DNA of 64,000 nt, taken from positions 160,001-224,000 of the forward strand of contig JAGVWE010000002.1 in NCBI GenBank assembly GCA_018304425.1, given 5' to 3'. The DNA comes from Candidatus Iainarchaeum sp. (lineage in GTDB: Archaea > Iainarchaeota > Iainarchaeia > Iainarchaeales > UBA10219). This document shows, piece after piece, positions 46,820-55,443 of the stretch (position 1 is the stretch's first letter; every line of letters begins with the position of its first letter). The notes under the pieces are model-generated. The model was given only the letters and a program-made list of their open reading frames with translations. It made no database searches and was not told where the DNA came from. The position numbers and the translations under genes were made by a program.

Positions 46820-47389
46820 TTAAGGGTTGCGCGGGGCTTTAAGCAAGGCCATGGCTTCGGCTGGGTTAAGGACGCGGATGCTGGGCAGGATGCCAACAAG
46901 TTTCTTTTTGAAACCGCTAATCAGGCGCTTGTCCCGCGTCACAAAGTACTTGCAGTCATCTATGCGGTGCGCTTGCATGAGTAGAAGGGCATCGAAAGTC
47001 GAAAACCCCAACGCACAAATGCGGTGCAACGAGGCCAAGTCGATTTCCTTGGTGGCAACAACCGAGAAAGAACACAGTTCTTTGACTATGGCTTGAACCT
47101 TGGCCAACTCCTCTTCAGTCAACGGGAGTTCTTTTCGTCCTTCACTGAATTCAGAAACGTTGTAACCGTAGTCTATCAGTTTCTTTTCTTCCGTGAGTTT
47201 TTCGACGACGTCCCTGAATTCCAACAAGTTCCAGTCGCTTGCATGACTGGTGAACGCTTTTTTCACGTACTTGTCTTTTAGTGCTTTGCTTCGCCTGAGA
47301 GAATCGGTAAGTCGTTGGCCCTTGTCTTCCTTGGCTTGAATCGACAGGAAATCGAGAAGCAAGTTGGTGTCAAGCATGAAACCAGGCAA
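46820..47389 (-). CDS. PIN domain protein (VapC-like ribonuclease)
   Basis: MLDTNLL, LLEF, FDALL...A, FVTRD..L; TTG start after GGTGAT SD. Confidence 0.85.
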   Translation of the reverse strand: MPGFMLDTNLLLDFLSIQAKEDKGQRLTDSLRRSKALKDKYVKKAFTSHASDWNLLEFRDVVEKLTEEKKLIDYGYNVSEFSEGRKELPLTEEELAKVQAIVKELCSFSVVATKEIDLASLHRICALGFSTFDALLLMQAHRIDDCKYFVTRDKRLISGFKKKLVGILPSIRVLNPAEAMALLKAPRNP

Positions 47390-47393
47390 CCCA

Positions 47394-47471
47394 TCACCCG
47401 AACAGCCATTTTACGAGGCTTCGTCTGACAACGCGTTTGCGTTTCTTCCGCTTCTTCGCCTTTGAAGCCAT
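47394..47471 (-). CDS. Putative 25-aa cationic peptide MASKAKKRKKRKRVVRRSLVKWLFG
   Basis: TTTATA box, GGGTGA SD, ATG 47471; its TGA lies inside the SD of the PIN gene. Confidence 0.55.
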   Translation of the reverse strand: MASKAKKRKKRKRVVRRSLVKWLFG

Positions 47472-47547
47472 TCCCGGGGTCACCCACTTATGATGGGTAG
47501 TTTCCCGATATAAATCCTTTCGCTGCAGGGAGGACTCCTGCACGGGT

Positions 47548-50169
47548 TCAGTTCCTGCCAAAGCCGCCACCCCCAGGAGTAGAACGCCGCGACAACACGC
47601 GACTCATTGCCAGGGGCTCCACCAAAACCGTTCGCCCGCCCCTGCGCCGCAGCCAGTAGGCGAGCGCGCCGCCAAGCAAGGCCGAGGCCAGCAGGCCGAG
47701 GGCCAGCAAGGCAAACGCGGAGTTCGAGGAAGCCAGGGAGGCCAGCAAGGCCCTGGCCGGACTCTCGGTTGAAGGAGCCAGGGACGTGGAAAGCTTTTTG
47801 ACTTTGAAGACGCCGGCCAGGTTGGCCCCGCTGAACTGGATGACGCCTCGCTCCCCCTCGTCCTCGAAGCGAAGGGAGAAGGCACGAGGCAGGAGGGCGC
47901 AGACGCGGGGAGGCAGGCGGAACGCGGAAGCGGAAACCAGTTCCAGGGTCGCCGGAAACAATTCGTTGCCACTTGAGTCAAGGACGTCCACGGAAAGCGA
48001 GGGGCCTCCGCCGGCAAAGGCCTGGCCTGACTCGAAAAGACAACTGGCTTCATGCAAGGGCAACGATTGCAACTCTCTTTGGGGGGGTCCGGGGTCCTCG
48101 CTGGCCTGGGCCTGGACGGCCGGTGACTCAAGCACGGGCCTGGCGTCCCGCGCAATGGGCAACAACAGGACCTCGCCTTCCCCATAACGCCTTGGCCGGC
48201 GGTTCAAGAGCCTGGAACCGGGTTCGGGGACCGGGTCACTGGAGAGGACGAGGGCCACGGTTTTCTCCGAAAAGTTTCCGGCGTTGTCGTAGGCACGCAC
48301 CGAGTAGGCGTGGAAGCCCGGCGACTGCCCCGAAAACAAGTGACTGGTTTGGAGGCCGACGTCAACGAAGGGAGCGTCATCGGCTTTCACGGCAAAGGAT
48401 TGGATGCCTGCTTGGTCCACGGCGTCAAAGGAAAGGGAAACCGTGGAAGAAGCGAGCGTGGCGCCGTCGGCCGGCGAGGAAATGGCCAGCCTGGGCGCGT
48501 CACGGTCCAAGTAAATCGTGTCCGCAATCAAGTCCGTGGTGGCGTGGCCAAGCGAGTCCGTGAAACGGGCGAAGACGAGCTTGTTGCCGTCCGCGTCACT
48601 GCAGCCGGGCGCGTCCCGTGCGAGGTTGAAGCCGGTGAGCAGGGGCGTGAAGTCCAGGGGCGCGGAGAACGCCTGGTTGTCACAGGAAAAGGCGACCTGC
48701 ATGGGGCTCACGTCGTCGGCTTCGAGGGCGAGGTCGATGAGCGGGCTTGAGACAAAGCAGGTGTCGCCGGTCTTCTGTATTTTGAGGCGCGCATTCTGGG
48801 GCGGCAGGCCGTCAACGGTAAACGGGTTGTCCGAAGAGTCCAGGGCCTCGGCGCCGGCGTCGTCGCGCACCACGACGTCGAGGTAGACCGCTTTTTTTTG
48901 GATGGCGGGAACGCTCCAGGCAAGGGAACAGGTTTGGCCGAGGCCATCAGGCCGAGGGCCAGCAGGCCGAGGGCCACCCGGCCCGGGGCCTTCGGGCATG
49001 CAATGGGTTGCGTCCAGGGAAACCCCCAGGACCAGGGGTTCGCCTTTTTGGCCGGGGGCCTCCGAGAGGAAGACGTCTGCCGTGTGCCTTTGGTTGAAGT
49101 CGGGGTCGGAAAAGCGGAAGGCCAGCAGGGCTTGGCCTGTTGTGTCGGAGAGCACTTCTGCTCCGTTTGGCTGGCTGACTTGCACGACCGGGCTGGAATT
49201 GGGTTTGAGTTCGAGGAGGGGCGGGTACTCGGAGGAATGGCTGCCTAAGAGGACGAAACGGCTGTTGCCGTCAAAGTCTTCGACCGAGTTCTTCAACAGG
49301 AAGGAAACGGAGGGCTTGCCGGCGTCAAGGGCGTCGAAGACGGCCCGGGTTACGTCGATGGATTGGTAGCCGGTGCTGACGGCCCCGGCTTCGCCGCCAA
49401 GGGCGCCGAGAAAGTCGGCGGTGACTTCGCTGAGTGGTTGAACATCAAAGTCTTTTTCGTCGAGTGCCTCGAAATCGTCGATGGCGTAAACGCCGATGAC
49501 GCCATCCGCTGAACCGAAATCGGTTTTGGCGCCTGCCACAAAGAGGTTGAGTTGAGCCGAAAAAAACCTTTCCCGTATCCTGCTTAAATCGAATTTGATG
49601 AAGGCGCGGTTGGCGGTTCCAACGTATTCGACGAGACCGGTTTTGGCGCGGAACTCCATGTTCATCGTGGCGCGGGTCGTGCCTTCGGTGTTCATGTTTC
49701 CCCTGCCTATGCCCTTGAGCTGGTGCAGGGGGGTTGGAATGGATTCCATGGAATAACTGCCGTTGCAGGAGCGCGCGCCTGGCAACGTGATGTAACCAGA
49801 GGAGCGGTTGACGACGCCGGTGCAGGTAGCCCAGCCCTGGACTTTGACGACCATGTACGTGGCGCCCAGGTCCCGGGAATTGGGGAGCTCGCACTCGCCT
49901 CCCAGGTTGCCGGTGCCGCTGCGGCTGAGCAGGCAGTAGCCGTGGTCGAAGTCGGTGAAGCCCTCCCCGATATGGCCGTCGCTGCCCCCGCGTTCGCCGG
50001 CAACCAGGGGATTGGATTGGAGCACGGCAATACCATAACGGTACTTCAGGAGGGAACCGGAGTCATCGGCTGAAAGCGTGAGGGCCGAGCCAAGGTCGGC
50101 AAAGAGGGCCAAACCGAGGAGGACTGGGAAAATCAGGGGCAGGAAATGCTTGGAGGGTTGCAGGGTCAT
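47548..50169 (-). CDS. Large cell-surface adhesin-like protein (DNRLRE/CBM96-like domain, Ig-like domains, C-terminal TM)
   Basis: Signal peptide; NRAFIKFDLS...SAQLNLFV...IDVT.AV...GS.S...PPLLEL; D..PP/D..AP Ig-like units; TM followed by RRR. Alternative start GTG 50172. Confidence 0.8.
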   Translation of the reverse strand: MTLQPSKHFLPLIFPVLLGLALFADLGSALTLSADDSGSLLKYRYGIAVLQSNPLVAGERGGSDGHIGEGFTDFDHGYCLLSRSGTGNLGGECELPNSRDLGATYMVVKVQGWATCTGVVNRSSGYITLPGARSCNGSYSMESIPTPLHQLKGIGRGNMNTEGTTRATMNMEFRAKTGLVEYVGTANRAFIKFDLSRIRERFFSAQLNLFVAGAKTDFGSADGVIGVYAIDDFEALDEKDFDVQPLSEVTADFLGALGGEAGAVSTGYQSIDVTRAVFDALDAGKPSVSFLLKNSVEDFDGNSRFVLLGSHSSEYPPLLELKPNSSPVVQVSQPNGAEVLSDTTGQALLAFRFSDPDFNQRHTADVFLSEAPGQKGEPLVLGVSLDATHCMPEGPGPGGPRPAGPRPDGLGQTCSLAWSVPAIQKKAVYLDVVVRDDAGAEALDSSDNPFTVDGLPPQNARLKIQKTGDTCFVSSPLIDLALEADDVSPMQVAFSCDNQAFSAPLDFTPLLTGFNLARDAPGCSDADGNKLVFARFTDSLGHATTDLIADTIYLDRDAPRLAISSPADGATLASSTVSLSFDAVDQAGIQSFAVKADDAPFVDVGLQTSHLFSGQSPGFHAYSVRAYDNAGNFSEKTVALVLSSDPVPEPGSRLLNRRPRRYGEGEVLLLPIARDARPVLESPAVQAQASEDPGPPQRELQSLPLHEASCLFESGQAFAGGGPSLSVDVLDSSGNELFPATLELVSASAFRLPPRVCALLPRAFSLRFEDEGERGVIQFSGANLAGVFKVKKLSTSLAPSTESPARALLASLASSNSAFALLALGLLASALLGGALAYWLRRRGGRTVLVEPLAMSRVLSRRSTPGGGGFGRN

Positions 50170-50194
50170 CACCTGGATATAACGCCAAAAAATG

Positions 50195-50220
50195 TTTAAA
50201 TATTTCGTTGATTGACGAAA
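50195..50220 (-). promoter_or_regulatory. TATA box plus palindromic operator (pilus-region motif, copy 1)
   Basis: Minus strand TTTCGTCAATCAACGAAA-TATTTAAA, about 25 nt before the adhesin start. Confidence 0.8.
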
Positions 50221-50563
50221 TTATGGTCTATTCCTGTCGCTGGAGGGCGATTAGGCGGTAATGCCTGCCCTAGGCTGGGCTGGGCCATTAAAGGCCATTT
50301 GGGCTTGGCTAGAGAGCCAGCTACAAACACTTACCGTGTCTGGCTGGGCCTCAAAGAGCCAAAGCCTCAAAGCCAGTTGAACAACCCTTGTATGGCGGTC
50401 ACTGTTTGCAGGTCGCTTTTCTAAAGCCGGTTAATGGTTTGCTCAACTGTTGATGGACTGATGAGGGAAAGCGTTTTAATAGTTGTGGGTTTGAAAAAAC
50501 AACCCGCCTGATTCCGGCGGAAAACAGCTACCATTATAAAGTTTAGGCGAACAATAGTATTTC

Positions 50564-50938
50564 ATGGCGGATGCACACGGCGGGCACGGAGACGCCCATG
50601 GAGGAGCGGGTGCGCACGGCGGCGGACACGGGGATGCCCACGGCGGCGGCTCTTCCCAGGGCGGCGGATGGGGCGGCATGTGGACCACCAAGCACACCGA
50701 CAACTGGTATGACTGGGTGGCAACCGTTGTCTCGGAGCAGGTAAGCACGTTCGTGGCATTCATCTTCTTCATCATCACGGTTGGAGCCGTTTACGGGGCG
50801 CTGGTTGCGGCACGGAACCCGACGATGGAACCTTTCCTCCTCATCGTGCCCGCGGTGCTTGGCCTGATCGCGTTCTACAACCGGGACATCGCGACCCTTT
50901 TCTTCCTCCTCTTCACCGTTGGATTTATCCTAGTGTAA
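50564..50938 (+). CDS. Small membrane protein with His/Gly-rich N-terminus
   Basis: MADAHGGHGDAHGGAGAHGGGHGDAHGGG followed by about three TM segments; TTATAAA box upstream. Confidence 0.78.
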   Translation: MADAHGGHGDAHGGAGAHGGGHGDAHGGGSSQGGGWGGMWTTKHTDNWYDWVATVVSEQVSTFVAFIFFIITVGAVYGALVAARNPTMEPFLLIVPAVLGLIAFYNRDIATLFFLLFTVGFILV

Positions 50939-50960
50939 TCGAATGGAATGCGGGCTCGGC

Positions 50961-51620
50961 ATGGCAGACGTGACGCTTTCAAGCAGCGAATTCAAGGCCC
51001 TATCCTCCGACACGCGGACGCAGATAATCAAGTATTTGGGCGAGCGGAACTACACCTTATCAGAACTCGCGAAGAAGCTTGGGATGTCCTCGCCCGCGGC
51101 AAAGGAACACCTGGACATCCTGGCAAGAACGGGCCTCGTGCAATTGAATGACGAGGGAAGGAAATGGAAGTACTATGCCTTGACGCGGAAGGGCCGGCAG
51201 CTGCTGGGCGGCGAGGAAAACAGGACCACGTTCCTCATCATCTTATCGGCTTCTGCGATCGCCTTGTTCGGGGTTTTGCTGCTTTTCGCGAATTCATTGA
51301 ATGGAGCCTCCCTGGCTGAGGGGTTTTCGGGGGGCATGACCGGGGAAACGGCTTCCCCCCTGCTGGCCAAGAACGCGGCGGAAGAGGCGTCCACGGCCAT
51401 GACCGTTCAGGCTCCGACGGCGGCTCCCCGGCCTGCCACAGGAACAGCCGAGCAGCCCGCCGACAGCACCCCAGGCCTGAACCAGACCCCGTACCCGGCC
51501 CAAGACCAAGAGGCGTTGGATCGGGCCACGAACGAAACCTACGCTTATCTGGCCCTCGCCCTCGGGCTCTCGGCTTTCATCGGATTCCAGGCGGGCAGGC
51601 TCCGAAGGGACGCCATTTAA
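50961..51620 (+). CDS. Membrane-anchored ArsR-like winged-helix regulator
   Basis: FKALSS.TR..I...L..R..TLSELA..LG.S......HL..L...GLV; WKYYALT.KG; then TM, linker, TM. Confidence 0.85.
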   Translation: MADVTLSSSEFKALSSDTRTQIIKYLGERNYTLSELAKKLGMSSPAAKEHLDILARTGLVQLNDEGRKWKYYALTRKGRQLLGGEENRTTFLIILSASAIALFGVLLLFANSLNGASLAEGFSGGMTGETASPLLAKNAAEEASTAMTVQAPTAAPRPATGTAEQPADSTPGLNQTPYPAQDQEALDRATNETYAYLALALGLSAFIGFQAGRLRRDAI

Positions 51621-51656
51621 CCGGCCTGATTAATCGGGGCCCCTCCGCTCAAGGCG

Positions 51657-52628
51657 CTAATCCGGCAAGCCATTGAGCTCATAGAAGTAGGTGACGGGAC
51701 TCGGCCTCCCCCGCAGGATCACGCACGATTTTATTTTGGTGATGAGGCGGTTGAACTCCGGCTGCTTGAAAAAGGTGGACGAGAACTCGAAGTACGCGTC
51801 GAGGTCCGCGACCTTCACGGTCATCATGAGGTCATGGGGGGCGGAAATCATGTTCACCTCGTGCACCTGCTCGAATTGGACGAGCTGCCTGGCGAGTTCC
51901 TCGGTCCTGCCTGGCACGGCGTCAAGGAACACAATGGCCTGGAAGTTCACGCCCGCCGGGCCATAGTAGTCCGGGCTGATGATGGCCGTCTTCTTCACGA
52001 CCACTTTTTCCCCGAGCAACCGGCCCCACCGCGTGCTCACCGTGTTCCGGTGCACGCCCAGGTTTGCCGCGACCGCGTTCAGGGAAAGCTCTGGGTCGGC
52101 GAGCTTCAACCGCAAAACATCCCTGTCAAGTTTGGAGAGCCTGAACGAGGAATCGAACTCCCCAACCGGCTTGCCATGCTGCTTGAACGACTTGTTCACG
52201 AAAAAAATCGAGGAACCGTTAATCCAGTGATGGAACTCTTTCTCGATGCCGAGCATGAATTCGATTATTTCCTCGGTGCTCCGCGCGTGCATCTTGAAAG
52301 CCAGGTCATAGTCTCCCGTGACGATGAAAACGATGCGCACCCGGGGGTGCTTGAACAGCCGCGAGATGAATTCATCGATGTCAAAGCGGTTCAGTTTCAG
52401 GGAAACGAACACCCAGACCAGTTGCGGGAGGTTGACCAGCCGCGAGTCCAGGCGGTACTTGTAGCGCTGGATGATGCGCTCGCGCTCGAATTTCCGGACA
52501 ATGTAGTTGACCGTGGAATGGTTGAGCCGCAAGGCCTCCGCGACCTGCCGCTCGGATTCCAGGAGGCCACGCCGGGCGACGTACTGCAAAACCCTGGATT
52601 CGACGGGGGAAAGCACTCTATTCGCCAT
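51657..52628 (-). CDS. Tandem (double) Lrp/AsnC family regulator
   Basis: Two HTH+RAM units: VAEAL.LNHSTV...VTGDYDL and LSKLD..VL..VAANLGVHRNTV..ISAPHDL. Confidence 0.85.
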   Translation of the reverse strand: MANRVLSPVESRVLQYVARRGLLESERQVAEALRLNHSTVNYIVRKFERERIIQRYKYRLDSRLVNLPQLVWVFVSLKLNRFDIDEFISRLFKHPRVRIVFIVTGDYDLAFKMHARSTEEIIEFMLGIEKEFHHWINGSSIFFVNKSFKQHGKPVGEFDSSFRLSKLDRDVLRLKLADPELSLNAVAANLGVHRNTVSTRWGRLLGEKVVVKKTAIISPDYYGPAGVNFQAIVFLDAVPGRTEELARQLVQFEQVHEVNMISAPHDLMMTVKVADLDAYFEFSSTFFKQPEFNRLITKIKSCVILRGRPSPVTYFYELNGLPD

Positions 52629-52762
52629 GGTGTATACTGTAATTGTTTAGAAATATATATAATTTATGCGCAAATGCATGGCAAAAAAGGAGCTATTTTG
52701 TGCAAAAACCCATTCAAAAATATATACTTGGAGGACACCATATATAACGAGGGGGTGGGCGC

Positions 52763-53020
52763 ATGGCAAAGTCAGAATTCTTTAAAGCGCTTGGCATACT
52801 CGCTTCCCTAGTCACGGTGTACCGCGGCATTACCATGGACGTGCCCATGGTGGACACCATCATCATTGTCCTGGTCTCCATCCTGTTCTTCGCCCTCGCA
52901 GCCGAGTTAAAGGTACACGGAAGCCACTGGGAAAGCCCCAATACCGGTGTAGAGCCAGGGCCCTTGCCGGATTTCCTGAAAACGAGCTGCCCCTGCACGG
53001 ACGACGAAGGAGGCGAATGA
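52763..53020 (+). CDS. Small two-TM protein with acidic CxC tail
   Basis: GGGGTGG SD; hydrophobic N-half; divergent from the Lrp gene. Confidence 0.65.
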   Translation: MAKSEFFKALGILASLVTVYRGITMDVPMVDTIIIVLVSILFFALAAELKVHGSHWESPNTGVEPGPLPDFLKTSCPCTDDEGGE

Positions 53021-53022
53021 AA

Positions 53023-53048
53023 CATCGACGATTGACGAAATATTTAAA
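53023..53048 (+). promoter_or_regulatory. Palindromic operator plus TATA box (copy 2)
   Basis: CATCGACGATTGACGAAA-TATTTAAA, 26 nt before pilin ATG 53075. Confidence 0.75.
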
Positions 53049-53074
53049 TATTGTTCGCCTCCTTAATTCCCTCC

Positions 53075-53251
53075 ATGCGACTCGATTCAAGAGCCCAGAT
53101 CTCCATTGAGTTAATCATTGTCCTGGCCGCCGTGGTGGCCATCGTGCTCCTCCTGGTCACGCAATTACAGGAAACCAGCACCGAGGGCAGGGACAAGATT
53201 AAGTCAACGGCCAAGTCGATTTTCGACAAAATCGAGAACGACATCAAATAA
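53075..53251 (+). CDS. Small type IV pilin (class III signal peptide)
   Basis: MRLDSRA|QISIELIIVLAAVVAIVLLLV. Confidence 0.88.
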   Translation: MRLDSRAQISIELIIVLAAVVAIVLLLVTQLQETSTEGRDKIKSTAKSIFDKIENDIK

Positions 53252-53276
53252 GGGCTTCAAGGAATTCGGGATTTCC

Positions 53277-53697
53277 ATGAACCCCGCCAACCCCCGGGAA
53301 AAAGGCAAGGGCCAGCTGAGCCTGGAATTCATGCTCCTCCTGGCCGCCTTTCTCTCCTTCCTCTTCCTGCTCCTGCCAGCCATCGAAGAAGTGCTGCGCA
53401 TGGGCTCCTACGGCGTGGACGCGAAGGCCGCGGAACTCTTCTTGAACCGGGCCAGGCAATCGTCGGAACGGCTGCGCGCCGGAAGAAATCGAGGCCTTCG
53501 CCCTCCACGAGTGGAGGCTCTCCGCGGGAGGCGGGGAATTCGACGTGGAAATCGGCGACGGGGAATACCGCAAAAAACTGGGGCTGAAAGCAAGCCCACA
53601 ACTGGCGATTCCGCCTTTCACCTTCACGGGAAAATTCGCGTTGCGGTTGACGAAAGAAGGCGGTTTCGTTTCCGGCTCAATCGTAGAGGGTAATTGA
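53277..53697 (+). pseudogene. Pilin-like gene with an apparent +1 frameshift near 53475-53482
   Basis: MNPANPREKGKG|QLSLEFMLLL... becomes an Arg/Gly-rich string after RQSSERL, while the +1 frame gives EEIEAFALHEWRLSAGGGEFDVEIG...SIVEGN*. Confidence 0.7.
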
Positions 53698-54042
53698 AAG
53701 CCGGCCGAGGGCGCCGGAAGGCGCCGCATAATAAATGGACTCCGTGAACGCGTTCGAAGCGGGTTCGCCGACGGCAACGAACTCGTCGTTGAAACCGATT
53801 CGCCCGCTAAACCCCGGGAACACGCGCCGGAAGTCGGACTCCATTTCAGGCAGGGATGGAATTCCCTGGCCGACCCAGACGACGAGGAGGTCGTGTTGTT
53901 TTTGGAGAAGATAGAGGGGCTTCAGGTCCGGTGCCTCCGCTGGCTTGGTGGATAGGAGCACGAGCACCAGCACCGCGAAGCCCAGCAAGGCTTCCAGGGA
54001 AAAGTAGAGCCCGCGTTCATCCATGCGCTTACGTTCATCCAT
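53677..54042 (-). CDS. Pilin-like protein (class III signal-like)
   Basis: ERG|LYFSLEALLGFAVLVLVLL. Confidence 0.8.
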   Translation of the reverse strand: MDERKRMDERGLYFSLEALLGFAVLVLVLLSTKPAEAPDLKPLYLLQKQHDLLVVWVGQGIPSLPEMESDFRRVFPGFSGRIGFNDEFVAVGEPASNAFTESIYYAAPSGALGRLSITLYD

Positions 54043-54505
54043 CGCAGAACACCCCGATGAGGAGGGCCTTTTCCTTGCCGACGAGGACCAGGCGCTCGAA
54101 CGAATAACAGGTAGTACTGGCCTGGTTGGCTGGACCGGTTAGGGGCTTGTCTGCCCACTGGGTTTCAGGGCCATTGAAGGGAACGAGGCGCAGGGACTGG
54201 AGGAGGGGAAAACCCTGGAGTTCCGGTGCGGTGGGTGCGGGGGACAGAAAGTTCGGGGTCACCCGGTGCAGGCCGGAATCGAATGCAGCCAACCCCGGAA
54301 AAGACTGGGAGGCATCGTTTTTGACGAGGGCATCCAGGAAGAAGAGGCCCTGCCGCTGCAGGCGGTAGGCTGGCAGGGCGGAGGCGGAGTGCAGGGCGAG
54401 GCTGGAAAGGAAGGCGAGGCCAGCCAGGGAAGTAAGCAGGAGGATGACCACGGCCAGCAGCAAGTCCGTGGAAAAGAGCAGGCCCCGTTCACTTGTAGTG
54501 TTCAA
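54035..54505 (-). CDS. Pilin-like protein (class III signal-like)
   Basis: ERG|LLFSTDLLLAVVILLL. Confidence 0.8.
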   Translation of the reverse strand: MNTTSERGLLFSTDLLLAVVILLLTSLAGLAFLSSLALHSASALPAYRLQRQGLFFLDALVKNDASQSFPGLAAFDSGLHRVTPNFLSPAPTAPELQGFPLLQSLRLVPFNGPETQWADKPLTGPANQASTTCYSFERLVLVGKEKALLIGVFCDG

Positions 54506-54860
54506 GGACGTTCACCCGGAGTTTTTGCCCGTCGAATTCGGCGTGGGCTGAAAGAATGGAAGCGGAATGGATGGCTTGACCGGAGGAGGCGCTGGCCGCG
54601 TGGTCGGAGAACCCGCAGGGCAAGGCTGTTGAGAGTTCGCCTCCGGCGTTCGAGTAAAGGGAGTCGGCCAGCGTCGCGCAGGACTCCGCTTCGAGGAACG
54701 AGTGGAGGGCATGCCCTGCATCCATGGCCTGGAAGGAAATGTCCTGCCAGGTTCCCACCATCAGGGAGAGGACGGCAAGCAGGGCCGCAAGGGCTGCCAT
54801 GGCTTCCAGGCTGAGCGCGCCTTGCTGCTTGCCCACGCGAACCGGGTTCAAGGAGTGCAC
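54489..54860 (-). CDS. Pilin-like protein
   Basis: KQQG|ALSLEAMAALAALLAVL; C-terminal HYK. Confidence 0.78.
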   Translation of the reverse strand: MHSLNPVRVGKQQGALSLEAMAALAALLAVLSLMVGTWQDISFQAMDAGHALHSFLEAESCATLADSLYSNAGGELSTALPCGFSDHAASASSGQAIHSASILSAHAEFDGQKLRVNVLEHYK

Positions 54861-55387
54861 GCTCCCACCTTCAACGCGGTGACCGTGTAATTGGGCGGCA
54901 AGGAAAAGGATTGCATGTAGTCGTCGAAGCGGATGCGGGCCTGGATGGTGTCGTCCGCGTCGCGGGCCGCGTTATGGAATTCCGCGAAAACGATGCCGTT
55001 GACTTCGTGGAGGAGAACCTTGAAGCGGCTGCGGAGGAACGCATAGTCGATGGCGCCCGCGTTTGAATGGAATTCCACGGCGGGAAAACCTGGGTGAACG
55101 GCCTGTGACTGCTGGACAAAGGCCAGGAAGTTTGCCGCCAACCGGTCTTCGATGGCATTGGTTTCCCTCGCACCCTGGTCGAGTTGTTCTTGGAGGGTGC
55201 CGCGGAGGACGCGGTCCGCGTTGAGCTCGAGTTCCGATCGAACGAAGTTGGTTTTCTCGGCCTGCACGGCAAGCGTGGTGGCCTGGCCCAGGGAAGACGC
55301 AGCCAGGGAGGAAAAGCCGAGGACCAGGAAGAGCGTGAACAGGATGGCCAGGACCAGGGCAGTCGAAAAAAAGGCACGGGAAGTCAT
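54848..55387 (-). CDS. Pilin-like protein, first gene of a four-gene overlapping operon
   Basis: MTSRA|FFSTALVLAILFTLFLVL. Confidence 0.75.
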   Translation of the reverse strand: MTSRAFFSTALVLAILFTLFLVLGFSSLAASSLGQATTLAVQAEKTNFVRSELELNADRVLRGTLQEQLDQGARETNAIEDRLAANFLAFVQQSQAVHPGFPAVEFHSNAGAIDYAFLRSRFKVLLHEVNGIVFAEFHNAARDADDTIQARIRFDDYMQSFSLPPNYTVTALKVGACTP

Positions 55388-55417
55388 GGATACCACACTT
55401 AATACGAGGAAAAAATA

Positions 55418-55443
55418 GTTAAATATTTCGTTGATTGACGAAT
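55418..55443 (-). promoter_or_regulatory. Palindromic operator plus TATA box (copy 3)
   Basis: Minus strand ATTCGTCAATCAACGAAA-TATTTAAC; 24 nt identical to copy 1. Confidence 0.8.

Noticed and set aside
36605-47389. Defence island or integrated element suggested by the RelE and PIN genes
   Set aside because: The modules are isolated among core genes; no integrase, att sites or clustering.
50458-50472. CTGATGA-GG-GAAA resembling a hammerhead ribozyme core
   Set aside because: There is no stem II and no convincing stem I pairing; probably chance.
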